In this document: piece after piece, positions 39,092 to 48,631 of the stretch | Layout of the letters: each line of letters starts with the position of its first letter | Position numbering within the stretch: the stretch's first letter is position 1 | From: a candidate division FCPU426 bacterium | GTDB lineage: Bacteria > Oederibacteriota > Muellerivitia > Muellerivitales > Muellerivitaceae | Reading direction: 5' to 3' | NCBI GenBank assembly: GCA_963796105.1 | Contig: CAWCKJ010000004.1 | Location: 256,001 to 320,000, forward strand | DNA: 64,000 bases | Translations under genes and position numbers: made by a program | Notes under the pieces: model-generated | The model's input: only the letters and a program-made list of their open reading frames with translations | The model's database searches: none | What the model was told of the DNA's origin: nothing

Positions 39092-39310
39092 ATGAAAGAC
39101 ACCGTTTCAAAAAAGTTTGGAGAAAACCTGCGAAAACTAAGGGCCAAAAAGAGCATTTCACAAGAGAAGCTTGCGGAAATAGCCGATTGCCATCATAACT
39201 TCATCGGTTCCGTTGAGCGGGGGGAACAACAGGCCACCGCCGGTAAAATTCTTCAAATTGCCAAGGCCCTTAATTGCAAAGTCTCCGATCTGTTCAAAGG
39301 GTTGGAATAA
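39092..39310 (+). CDS. XRE-family HTH regulator (controller C-protein-like)
   Basis: FGENLRKLRAKKSISQEKLAE...GSVERGE; palindrome ACCCAT-N4-ATGGGT at 39040-39055. Confidence 0.88.
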   Translation: MKDTVSKKFGENLRKLRAKKSISQEKLAEIADCHHNFIGSVERGEQQATAGKILQIAKALNCKVSDLFKGLE

Positions 39311-39365
39311 TTCCAAAAAGGCCCTTTAACCCTTTAAATCTTCATCCTCAATTATGCGACTTTTT

Positions 39366-39660
39366 GGGGCACTAAGACACTACCTGGACACTAAATTTTA
39401 AGTTACTGTCCATCTCTAAAAACCTGATTTTAAAAGGTGTTCCCTACTTCTTGGACAGTAAGACACTAATTTTCTTTATCTTGAGAAAAAATAAAATAAA
39501 GAGAGAGTAAGGGTATAAGGCGGGGTATTGGTGGGTAAAAGAGGGTAGAGAGTATCAAAATTAGTGTCTTTAGCGTCCTAGTGTCCAAACGATTAAATTA
39601 AAAGGGTTTTCGACTGGACACCATTTTTTTGGTACCGTCCAAGCATCGTCCTAGCCGTCT
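39366..39660. repeat. Putative replication origin of the tRNA-Gln element
   Basis: (G/A)GACACTA direct repeats on the left and inverted TAGTGTC(T/C) on the right, around a purine-rich core. Confidence 0.65.
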
Positions 39661-40081
39661 GATGATTTGCCATTAGATTTATTCGGCCTAATGGGGATTT
39701 TATACCGCTGGTGTAAGGTTGGAAAAAAACCTTTTCTTCCGAATTTCAGGCCCTCCCCCGGTGGCCTACCCCCCTTTTCATTTTGGCAAACCAAAAACAC
39801 AAAGAGCCAATCATCAAAAGTTGAAAGACAAAGACCCGCACTTTCGGAGGGTGTCCCTCCGGTAATGTACCGCATTTTTTTGGACGGCCTTTGACCTTTA
39901 TCGGTTCCGCGAAAAATAACATCTTTGAGTGTCATTGCTTTATTCGAACTGTTTCCGGTTTCGTCATTAATCCCTAAATTTTTGCTTTCTCTAATCCCCG
40001 TTTAGACAAGCAAACCCCAGACGGATCAAGAAAAAAACTTTTAGAATTTTAAAATAATTTAAAAATATTTTTCCTAACCTC

Positions 40082-40122
40082 TTGACCGTATATAATAACT
40101 ATGTTACTATTAACTAAGTTAT
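40082..40122 (+). promoter_or_regulatory. Sigma70 promoter overlapping an 11-6-11 lox/dif-like inverted repeat
   Basis: TTGACC-17 bp-TACTAT; ATAACTATGTT-ACTATT-AACTAAGTTAT at 40095-40122. Confidence 0.6.
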
Positions 40123-40142
40123 CATATTATTTCAGGGGGTCC

Positions 40143-41126
40143 ATGATGGAAGAAATAAACCAAACCAACCTTGCCAAGCAAAACCATGTCACAGAAGATT
40201 TTTCCCCGTTGTTGGTGGTTGAGGGTTCACAATGGAAAGAGGTTTTAAATACATTCCTTGAAAGTTTAAGCCCGCGCACTAGGGTAGCCTACGGGGAGGC
40301 TTTTCAGGACTTCGCCGGATTTATAGGCATCCCCACCCCTGCCCAAGCGGTCTTTCATCTTTTCCGCCAAACCCCAGGTGAAGCTAACCGCCTGATTCTC
40401 TCCTACCGTTCCCACTTAACCACAAAGGGCCTTTCAAGCTCTTCCATCAATCAAAAGCTTTCGGCCATCCGTTCTTTAGTCCGTATGGCGCGGGCCTTGG
40501 GTGCAGTAATTGGTCTTTGGAAATTCCAGGCTTGAAGAAAGAAGCGGTCCGGGATACCAAAGGACCTGAGCTTGGGAGGGTTTAAGATGCTTTTGACTGT
40601 AGCGAATAACGAGCCCTCCCCTAAACGTGAAAGGGACACGGCCCTTTTACATTTGGCCCTTTCCTTGGCCTTGCGTCGAGCGGAAATGACTTCCCTGGAC
40701 CTTGGCGACGTGGACCTAGAGAAAGGTCTTTTAAGGGTTCAACGAAAGGGCAAACGTCAAAAGGTTGAGCTTCAAATACCCTCCGAAACCTTAGTGGCTT
40801 TGAAAGAATGGGTTTCCGTTCGTGGTCAAGTGGACGGGCCTTTCTTTTCCAACCTGGATCACCGGGGCCGGGGCCGTTTGACCGGCCAGGGCCTTTATTA
40901 CCTGCTAAAACAGCTTGGCGGCCAATGTGGGGTGGTTGTTCGTCCCCACGGCTTGAGACATACGGCCATCACCACGGCCCGGCAAGTAACCGGGGACCTG
41001 TACGCCACCCAAGTCTTCGCTGGTCATGCCGACCCCAGGACTACACAAACCTACTTTGACGACGACAAGAAGGAAGTGGCCGCGAAGGTATCACAGGCCG
41101 TAGCCTTAAAGGTGGCCTTGGCATGA
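40143..41126 (+). pseudogene. XerC/D-like tyrosine recombinase (resolvase type), split by two compensating frameshifts
   Basis: N-terminal SAM-like domain; RDTALL...LRRAE, KG, RPHGLRHTAIT, GHADPRTTQTY; segment WSLEIPGLKKEAVRDTKGP (40511-40567) lies in another frame. Confidence 0.8.
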
Positions 41127-41359
41127 ACCCAAACATCTTAAAAGAATGGCTCACGAATCCCCCCGTGCTTCCCGAATGGCGGCCCCAAGACGCTAAAACA
41201 TTGAAAGAATGGCGGAAGAAAAATAAAATCGGTCCCGTGGCGTTGGCGAAAGTCTTGGGCGTTGGCTATACGGCCCTTTTCCTTTTGGAAAGCGGTCAAC
41301 GTAAACCAGGTGGCCCCATGCTTCGCCTATTACAGCTTTTAGGCGCGTGGAAGCCTTAA
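41123..41359 (+). CDS. Small XRE HTH protein
   Basis: LKEWRKKNKIGPVALAKVLGV...LESGQRKP; ATGA overlap with the recombinase. Confidence 0.75.
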   Translation: MNPNILKEWLTNPPVLPEWRPQDAKTLKEWRKKNKIGPVALAKVLGVGYTALFLLESGQRKPGGPMLRLLQLLGAWKP

Positions 41360-41402
41360 GACAAAAATGCTTTTAATTCGGCTTTAACTTCCAGAGGTTC
41401 TT

Positions 41403-42215
41403 TTGATAAACGATATTTTTAACCTGGATAAAAAAAATAAGCGCCTGACTTTCAATGGGAAAACCTATCTTAATTTAACCAATCCTCAAATGCTCTGCTT
41501 GGAAGCTTTTAAAAAAGACCTCGATGACGGCGGAAAGGGTTTGCACGAGGATTACCTTGTTGAGATTTCAGGTAAATCCTTTGGGCGCGTAAAGGATATT
41601 TTCAAATCCATGAAAGGTTGGAATAACGTTATTAAAAAGGTTAAAACAAAAACATACAGCCTAAAATTAAAAAAGAAACCTTCCCTACTCAAAAATAGAA
41701 TAATGTTTGGTCGCGCAACACCGCTTCACGTATTTCAAGGCTATTTGAAAAAGATGATTACAAACGGAAGCAAACTTATGAAGAGCAATTTGAAAGGTAA
41801 CAACACAAAATACAGGCATGTTGACGTTACGCACTACAAAAGATTAGCCCTTGGACCCTATCTCCCCCCATCGGGCGATTACGTAGAACTTCGCCCTGTT
41901 AACAAAAAACGCAGGGAAAAATTTGAACGGCTATATTTTCGCTGGAGAAAAAACTGCTTTGACGCTTTAACCATGGCCCTAAGTGAAAATATTACTAAGA
42001 CCTATGAATCGTGGAGTAGGTCTTATAATCCGAAGAAAGGCTCATTCGGCGTGGACGGCCATTCCCAATATCTGGCTACTAGTATCTATGGCGGTGGGAA
42101 AAAAGCTTTAAAAACCGATGTTGATTTTTTTAAAAAACTACTTCAAGAAACAAAAACTATTCACTTATCCGATACTTTTCTCAGGAACCCCCGTCAAATA
42201 ATTGAATATCTCTAA
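41403..42215 (+). CDS. Basic hypothetical protein, possible N-terminal winged helix
   Basis: 270-aa Lys-rich ORF; family not recognised. Confidence 0.6.
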   Translation: MINDIFNLDKKNKRLTFNGKTYLNLTNPQMLCLEAFKKDLDDGGKGLHEDYLVEISGKSFGRVKDIFKSMKGWNNVIKKVKTKTYSLKLKKKPSLLKNRIMFGRATPLHVFQGYLKKMITNGSKLMKSNLKGNNTKYRHVDVTHYKRLALGPYLPPSGDYVELRPVNKKRREKFERLYFRWRKNCFDALTMALSENITKTYESWSRSYNPKKGSFGVDGHSQYLATSIYGGGKKALKTDVDFFKKLLQETKTIHLSDTFLRNPRQIIEYL

Positions 42216-42340
42216 ATAAAACTCATAACTCTTTAATCAGCTTCGTTCCCAATAATTTCCCAATCTCTTCCCAAAAATTCCAGCGGTTTTATACGACTAT
42301 TGCGGGTAGTGAAATTGACTAACCAGCAGGAGTTAACAAC

Positions 42341-42619
42341 ATGTCCCGAACGACGAGTTTAAAAACAGCAGTTTTGTGGTCAATATGCGCTAATGTTTCC
42401 CCTAATATTCTTCTTTCCCCCTACCCCACTGGCAATAACTGCGAAGTGATTTTTGACTTTTCCCATACGTTTGATAATAACGCCCTCTTCGTACTCCCCA
42501 ATACTCTTTCTTTTTTTCACAATTTATTGAGCAGTTATGAAGATTTAGGCCGCCTTCAACGGACCTGCCAAGTAGCTTGGCGCGAGTTTGGGGAGGGGGT
42601 TCGTCATGGAAGGATTTGA
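42341..42619 (+). CDS. Small hypothetical protein
   Basis: AGGAG RBS, ATG, overlaps the start of the replication gene. Confidence 0.55.
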   Translation: MSRTTSLKTAVLWSICANVSPNILLSPYPTGNNCEVIFDFSHTFDNNALFVLPNTLSFFHNLLSSYEDLGRLQRTCQVAWREFGEGVRHGRI

Positions 42620-44606
42620 AAAGTTAGAACAAGTAAAACTCAAAATATTGAAGGAAATTTTTAGGCTAAAAGAAAAATCCAAAAGAGGGCAGTATCAAGA
42701 AGAAAAATTGGTTTGGTTGATCCATTCTTGTAAGTTATTCGGGTCTTTTCACAATTCCCCCGAACTCATCCAGAAATATCAAAGGCTACTTAACCGTTGG
42801 TATGACTATGAAGATAAACCTGACGAAAAAAGCCGACGAGAGATAGCGCGTATCGAATCCGAATTAAAAATTGTGGAAAAGGAGATGAAAAACGAAAAGG
42901 AAACGTTAGATAAAATGTATGAGGATGCCCCCACATCTCTCCCCTTGTGGTCCTTGGTCACGCCCGAAGAACAGGAAGAGATAACCCCACGCCGAATGAT
43001 TACAAAATCTGAGGGAAAAACAGAGGAATTAATTCACATCTTCGATGACCATGGCGGATGGGTTTTTCGGGACCAGTACAATACCCCTTTCGTCTATCTA
43101 CCTCCGGGGATTAATTCGCCGATTGAATCAGAGAATCTTGAGGCTTGGCTTAGACAAAAACACGGTGAAAAGTCCCTTTCCGACCAACAACTTAAGAATG
43201 TCAAAGGGAGTTTAAAGGGCCGGGCCTTTTCCGAGGGAAGCCCAGTTTATACCCTTTACACCAGAGTGGCGATTATTCGGAAATCCGAAGAGTTTGAGCG
43301 TTCGCCTTGGTTGTTTTGGGGAAGCACGGGGATGGACCCAGAACCCTGGATAATTTACTACGATCTGGGAGACGGACGCGCCGTTCGGATTACTTCTGAG
43401 GATTGGTCTATAGTGGTTCGCCCTCCGATTCTTTTCCGCCGATTCTCCCACCAACATCCACAAGTTGAGCCCAAACGAAGAAAAGGGGCCGATTATTTGG
43501 TTGAAGACGTTTTTAAGCTTTTGGATTTTGTCAATCTTCCAAGACTTCCATGGAAAAAAATTCCTTCAGGTGAAATAAAAGTATACAGCGACCAGGAAGC
43601 CCTTTTCCTGGTTTGGTTTATCGCGGCTTTCATACCGGGATTTCCCCACCCCTTTCTTGCTATCCACGGACCACAAGGAAGCGCGAAATCCACAATGATC
43701 AGGGTTATAAAGGAACTTCTCGACCCGTCCGCTATTCAAACCCTTTCCTTGACCACCCCGGATAACTTTGTCCTTCAAGCCCATTCCCATTGGTTCATCC
43801 CATTAGACAATCTTTCCCACATCTCCGGGGAGATGTCGGATCTTCTAAGCCGAGCTTGCACGGGAGATGGTATTTCCAAGAGAAAGTTATACACAGATGG
43901 GGACGAGTTCATTCTTTCCTTTCAACGGGTTATCGGTCTGAACGGAATCACCTTGGTGACAGCGGCGGCAGACCTATTGGACAGGGCTATTCTTTTTAAT
44001 CTCGACAGGGTTAGGGGAGATAGGCGGCAAACGGAAAAAGATATTTGGAAAAATTTCGAGAAAATGAAACCTTATATCCTTTGTGGTGTGTTCGACGTGT
44101 TGGTAGGTGTGCTTGATGATTTGGAAGAGCGAGAAAAGAACGAAAGAGAAGGCCGAACAAACAAGGACCTTCCCGCTGACCTATCCCGCATGGCCGACTT
44201 TCACCTTTACGGCTTAAAAATAGCCGAATGGCTAGGCTTGCGTAAAGAATTTGAGCGAGGTTACCGCTCCGCTATTCGGCAACAAAACGATGAAGCTATA
44301 GATGCTAACCCGCTTGCTCAAGTGGTCATATCGTTCATGAAGGACAAGACATTTTGGCAAGGTTCACCGACTGAATGCTTGAACGAGTTAAAAAACGAAG
44401 CGGAAAAAATGGGCATTGATACCAAAAGCAAGTATTGGCCCAAAGACTCATCTGCGCTTTCCCGTCGTCTTGAAAAGGCTAAAACGAATTTAGAAACTAT
44501 CGGCATTCGTATGGAACGGAGCAAAAAGGGGGAAAGGCTTATCAACCTAACCAAAGTCCCACTTAAACCAGAGGATGAAACGAATAATGACCATACAACC
44601 CATTGA
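42606..44606 (+). CDS. Primase/helicase-associated P-loop replication protein of the element
   Basis: PHPFLAIHGPQGSAKST Walker A, LDNLS, RKLYTD, LNGI...DLLDRA, RMADF, C-terminal WQGSPTE/WPKD winged helix. Confidence 0.85.
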   Translation: MEGFEKLEQVKLKILKEIFRLKEKSKRGQYQEEKLVWLIHSCKLFGSFHNSPELIQKYQRLLNRWYDYEDKPDEKSRREIARIESELKIVEKEMKNEKETLDKMYEDAPTSLPLWSLVTPEEQEEITPRRMITKSEGKTEELIHIFDDHGGWVFRDQYNTPFVYLPPGINSPIESENLEAWLRQKHGEKSLSDQQLKNVKGSLKGRAFSEGSPVYTLYTRVAIIRKSEEFERSPWLFWGSTGMDPEPWIIYYDLGDGRAVRITSEDWSIVVRPPILFRRFSHQHPQVEPKRRKGADYLVEDVFKLLDFVNLPRLPWKKIPSGEIKVYSDQEALFLVWFIAAFIPGFPHPFLAIHGPQGSAKSTMIRVIKELLDPSAIQTLSLTTPDNFVLQAHSHWFIPLDNLSHISGEMSDLLSRACTGDGISKRKLYTDGDEFILSFQRVIGLNGITLVTAAADLLDRAILFNLDRVRGDRRQTEKDIWKNFEKMKPYILCGVFDVLVGVLDDLEEREKNEREGRTNKDLPADLSRMADFHLYGLKIAEWLGLRKEFERGYRSAIRQQNDEAIDANPLAQVVISFMKDKTFWQGSPTECLNELKNEAEKMGIDTKSKYWPKDSSALSRRLEKAKTNLETIGIRMERSKKGERLINLTKVPLKPEDETNNDHTTH

Positions 44607-44772
44607 AATAGCAATCGGCCAAGCCGCTCCCATCCTTGCCGAAGGTCGCTTACGAGCCAAACGGGACCAAGTACCCATGATGGAAGGCTTAAAAAGAGTA
44701 ATTACCGAAAAATTGAAAACCGCCCTTGAGAAAGCCAATAGTTCTTCATCGGAAACCAATAAGGAAAGTTAA
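44575..44772 (+). CDS. Small hypothetical protein
   Basis: Overlaps the replication gene and is TAATG-coupled to the excisionase. Confidence 0.5.
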   Translation: MKRIMTIQPIEIAIGQAAPILAEGRLRAKRDQVPMMEGLKRVITEKLKTALEKANSSSSETNKES

Positions 44773-44999
44773 TGGAAACGCTACAACACCAGACTAAATA
44801 TTTAACCGTTAATGAGGCGGCGGCTTTCCTTGGTATCGCCGGGGGTACTTTAAGAAATTGGGTTTGCCGTTCCAAATATGAAGCCGATCCGATCCCCTTT
44901 GCCAAATTCACTTCAAGATGTTTGCGGTTCCCTGCTGAAAAATTGGAAGCTTGGGCGGGACGACGTAACACCGGGCCACAAAATGTTAAAGAGCTTTGA
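44772..44999 (+). CDS. Excisionase/AlpA-like HTH_17 protein
   Basis: YLTVNEAAAFLGIAGGTLRNWV...IPFAK...LRF. Confidence 0.88.
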   Translation: METLQHQTKYLTVNEAAAFLGIAGGTLRNWVCRSKYEADPIPFAKFTSRCLRFPAEKLEAWAGRRNTGPQNVKEL

Positions 45000-45071
45000 A
45001 AAAATCTCTTTGGAAGCAAACCACTTTAATGATAGGCTCCCAGCGAGATAAGTTTTGAAAGGTCGAATCTA

Positions 45072-46346
45072 ATGGCTACTCTACAAACGAAGCCTGACAA
45101 GAGAAACGGCGGTATTAAGGCTTTCGCCGTCACTTCAACCATGAATAAGGGCAAACGTTCACGGCAATGGTTATATTTAGGGACATTTCCCACAACAAGG
45201 GAAGCCAAGCAGGTATTTAAGCGGGTTTCCGACAATTTAGGCCGTGAAAAAGTAAGAGAAATTACCCAAGAACGTTTAGACATTAAGATTATTCCCACCC
45301 TTACTGAAGCGGTCCCCCAATATTTTGGTGCAGTAGAGGGCATAAAACTAAATTCATCCAAGGGCCTGAAACCTTACCGCATTGCTTTAAGCCATACTTG
45401 CCGCTTCTTGGGTGATCTAAAACTACATGAATTGACACCCGCTAAAATCGAAGGGTACATTACCACCCGGCGCAAAGAAATCACTTATAGGGGCACTCCT
45501 GTTGGAATAAAGACCATTTCCAATGAGGTTGCCCAACTTTCAAGCCTTTGCGGTTGGGCGGTTAAGAATCAGATATTAAAAAGCCACCCCTTTAAGACAC
45601 CCCAGCAACTTCTTAAGGACTACTTCCCCAAGGTTGAGAAAAAGCCGAAGAATTACCTTAACCAAGAGGAACAAACGGCCATCTTAAAAGCTTCAGAGGA
45701 AAGCCCCTATGCCCAGGTTGTAACCCACCTGCTTTTGTATCTTGGGATACGCCAAGGTGAATTAGCCGGGTTGCGTTATGCTGACGCCGATCTAGCCCGC
45801 CGGGAAATCACGGTAAGGGCGGAAAAAACGAGCGATTACCGAATATTGCCCATCGTTGGGCCATTACTCCCAATATTAGAAAAGCTTAAAACCCATCGCC
45901 CCACTTATCGCCATTGGTATTCCAGGGAAGAAAAGCATAAGGTTTTTTTACTATGTGACGAAGAGGGCAGACCGATAGACCAACCTGGAAAACAATTATT
46001 CGTAAATCTTGCGACCAAAGCGGGATTAACCAAAAAGGTCCGGCCCCATACTTTCCGGCATTCATTCGTTTCAAACATGAGGGCGGCTGGTTTATCGCCT
46101 TATGACATCATGAGCCTAACGGGTCATAAGAACGTGAGCACCTTGGAAGGATACGGAGTAAATGCGCCAAAAGATTTATTGCAGAAAATGGAAAAAGCTT
46201 ATCCCGAAATCAAAACCCAGGTTGAAAAGGTAGATGAAAAGGTAGATAGAAGGTTTATCTGGTTGCAAAGCCCAATAAATACGGGCAAAAAAATGGCTGG
46301 GGCGGTAGGATTCGAACCTACGAATGCCAGATCCAAAATCTGGTGA
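45072..46346 (+). CDS. Phage-type tyrosine integrase
   Basis: LGIRQGELAGL, K, RPHTFRHSF, LTGHKN...Y; last codons overlap tRNA-Gln antisense. Confidence 0.95.
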   Translation: MATLQTKPDKRNGGIKAFAVTSTMNKGKRSRQWLYLGTFPTTREAKQVFKRVSDNLGREKVREITQERLDIKIIPTLTEAVPQYFGAVEGIKLNSSKGLKPYRIALSHTCRFLGDLKLHELTPAKIEGYITTRRKEITYRGTPVGIKTISNEVAQLSSLCGWAVKNQILKSHPFKTPQQLLKDYFPKVEKKPKNYLNQEEQTAILKASEESPYAQVVTHLLLYLGIRQGELAGLRYADADLARREITVRAEKTSDYRILPIVGPLLPILEKLKTHRPTYRHWYSREEKHKVFLLCDEEGRPIDQPGKQLFVNLATKAGLTKKVRPHTFRHSFVSNMRAAGLSPYDIMSLTGHKNVSTLEGYGVNAPKDLLQKMEKAYPEIKTQVEKVDEKVDRRFIWLQSPINTGKKMAGAVGFEPTNARSKIW

Positions 46347-46368
46347 CTTACCGCTTGTCGACGCCCCA
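46294..46368 (-). tRNA. tRNA-Gln(TTG)
   Basis: TGGGGCG acceptor, CCAGA-TTTTGGA-TCTGG anticodon arm, GTAGG-TTCGAAT-CCTAC T arm, GCCA end; 75 nt. Confidence 0.97.
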
Positions 46369-46507
46369 ATCAGGAAAAAAGGCCGCGAAACCATGAACGA
46401 AACAACCGGCGGGGGGCAGATAATTTAAATCGGGTCCTGCCCCTATTCAAGCCTCAAATTCGGCCCTCTTCTTGAGAAAGAAACCGGGCCCATGGTAGGC
46501 TCAGGCG

Positions 46508-46708
46508 ATGGAAAACTCCTCCCCCGAACCTGAAATCCAGAAGCTTCCTTCCCTGCTGGGTTCCAAAATCACAACCCAGGGTCCTGTTCACAGGGACCTC
46601 CAGGAATCCATCTTCTATACCTGCCCCCAATGCGGCCACTCGATGACCGCCAAGAAGTGCAAGATCGTCTGCCGCCATTGCCATTACTTTATCGGGTGTG
46701 TCGAATAA
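46508..46708 (+). CDS. Small zinc-finger protein
   Basis: CPQCG...KCKIVCRHCHY...C. Confidence 0.6.
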   Translation: MENSSPEPEIQKLPSLLGSKITTQGPVHRDLQESIFYTCPQCGHSMTAKKCKIVCRHCHYFIGCVE

Positions 46709-46720
46709 TCCGGATTTTAA

Positions 46721-47731
46721 CTATTGTCCCTTCGGGGGATTCTTGCCGCCCCCGTATTCTTCCTTCCATTTTTCCGCCTCCGGAAATCCCTCCCTCAACT
46801 GTTCGAGAAAATTCAACACCGTTTTCTCGTAAACCAGGGGATCCAAGGTGGAAGTTTGCTCATGCCCCGCTTTCGGGAGCAGGACGAACCACGGATGCAG
46901 GGAGTCGCTTTGCCTGAACAGCCTCTGGACATCCGACGGCCGGGCCAAGTCATCCTCTTCCCCCACCAGATAAAGAACAGGAAGGCCCTTGAGGCTCCTC
47001 ACCACCGGAACCAAATCAAGGTCATCCGGGGTCAGGTTCAAGCCGGTAGCCCTGTCATAAGAGGATACGCACAGGCTGAGGAAACCCGGAAGCACCGCGA
47101 GGGGTCCCGCCAGCGTCCGTTTGGAGATGTAGTTCTTCAATTTTGGAAGGGGTGCGTCCGCGATGACCGCCTGGACATCAGACCCCTGGGTCCCAGCCCT
47201 CAAGGCCGCGATGGCCCCCAGGGAGAAACCGAAATAAACAACCGGTTTCGCCAGAAACTTCCGTGAGGCTAAAAAACGGGCTCCCGCCAGGTAATCCTTC
47301 GACTCAAACAGGCCGCCCGAGAGAACACTTTCTCCGCTGAGGCCGTGGCCCCGAAAGTCGAAAAGCAGGACCTGGTAGCCGCTTTGCACGAGGAACTCGG
47401 CTCGGGCCAATACCTGCTCCCGGTTCTTGAAAACCCCGTGGGAAAGAAGGATGGTTCCCCGGGGATTTTTTCCCTTCGCGGGAATCCACCATCCCGAAAT
47501 CGTCACGCCGTCATCCGCGGGGAAGGAAACGTTCTCGAAGGCAAATCCGTCCTTGGATGGGTCCGTGGTCAGGGCCAAGCGGGATTTAGCCTTTTCGGCG
47601 ATGGAAGTGGCCACTTTGCCCGGTAAGACGGCGTAAATGTAAGAAAGACATACCGCCAATAGGACAAGCGCAACGGATAAGAGCCAACCGCGCCACCCCA
47701 GTTTTTTTTTCTCTTTGGATAACCGTGCCAT
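46721..47731 (-). CDS. Membrane-anchored alpha/beta hydrolase
   Basis: LSHG, FDFRGHG, GFSLG nucleophile, D and GH triad. Confidence 0.9.
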   Translation of the reverse strand: MARLSKEKKKLGWRGWLLSVALVLLAVCLSYIYAVLPGKVATSIAEKAKSRLALTTDPSKDGFAFENVSFPADDGVTISGWWIPAKGKNPRGTILLSHGVFKNREQVLARAEFLVQSGYQVLLFDFRGHGLSGESVLSGGLFESKDYLAGARFLASRKFLAKPVVYFGFSLGAIAALRAGTQGSDVQAVIADAPLPKLKNYISKRTLAGPLAVLPGFLSLCVSSYDRATGLNLTPDDLDLVPVVRSLKGLPVLYLVGEEDDLARPSDVQRLFRQSDSLHPWFVLLPKAGHEQTSTLDPLVYEKTVLNFLEQLREGFPEAEKWKEEYGGGKNPPKGQ

Positions 47732-47740
47732 GATTCAATT

Positions 47741-48631
47741 TTACCCAGACTTGATTTGAACCCCGGAAGAAATCGTTTGGGCTGTCATCAACGTGAACCC
47801 AGGGTCTTTTAATTTTTCAGCTATCTCCAAGGCATGCTTACCGGTTTTGGCGATCCCAAAAACAGTGGGTCCGCTTCCCGCCACCAAGGCGCCCAAAGCG
47901 CCCGCCCCAAAGATCTTATCCTTTAAATCCCTAAGCGAGGGCATTAAATAAAAGGAAGAGGGTTCCAGACCGTTGAACAAAGCCGCCCCCGCCGCGGCCC
48001 CATCCCCCTTTTCCCAGAGGGTTCTGAATTGCCGCGCCCTTTCTCCCGAGCTCAACAGGGCTTTGTCCGACCGGTAAACTTCCATGGTGGAAAGACCCCC
48101 GAAAGGTTTCACCAGCACCAGGGAATAGGAAACCCGTGAATCCCAGGTGGTGATGGTTTCACCCCGGCCCGTGCCAAAGGCTGTCCCCCCCTTGAGGAAA
48201 AAGGGGACATCCGATCCCAATTGGGACGCCATTGCGGCTAAGGCGTGATCCGGAAGCCCTGCCCCGAAAAGCAGATTCAATCCTACCAAAGCGGCCGCCG
48301 CGTCGGAAGAGCCTCCCCCTAAACCCGCCGCCAGGGGAATCCGCTTGTGAAGGCGCATCCGGACGCCGGCTTTATTTCTAAGGGCCGTTCCTATGAATAA
48401 TTTGGCGGCCTTGACCACCAGGTTGGAGTCGCCCGCCTCAAGGGGCGACGGGCTTTCCTCGATGGAAAGCTCCACGCCGGAATCCGCTTTTTCCAGGTCA
48501 AGATCGTCGAACAGGCCGATGGCTTGGAAAACCAGGGCAAGCTCATGGAAACCGTCGTTTCTTTTCCCAAGCACTTCCAGGACTGGATTGATCTTGGCCG
48601 GGGTTTGGACGCTAAGGGAGTTCAAAGTCAA
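47741..48631 (-). CDS. ispE: 4-diphosphocytidyl-2-C-methyl-D-erythritol kinase
   Basis: PAKIN..LEVLGKRNDGFHEL, KRIPLAAGLGGGSSDAAA, LGSDVPFF, GSGPTVF. Confidence 0.95.
   Translation of the reverse strand: MTLNSLSVQTPAKINPVLEVLGKRNDGFHELALVFQAIGLFDDLDLEKADSGVELSIEESPSPLEAGDSNLVVKAAKLFIGTALRNKAGVRMRLHKRIPLAAGLGGGSSDAAAALVGLNLLFGAGLPDHALAAMASQLGSDVPFFLKGGTAFGTGRGETITTWDSRVSYSLVLVKPFGGLSTMEVYRSDKALLSSGERARQFRTLWEKGDGAAAGAALFNGLEPSSFYLMPSLRDLKDKIFGAGALGALVAGSGPTVFGIAKTGKHALEIAEKLKDPGFTLMTAQTISSGVQIKSG

Larger units (their letters stand above)
36871..46316. mobile_element. Complete ~9.4-kb integrative, satellite-like element in tRNA-Gln
   Basis: att duplication, tyrosine integrase, excisionase, P-loop replication protein, origin-like repeats, second recombinase; no virion or conjugation genes. 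Confidence 0.9.
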
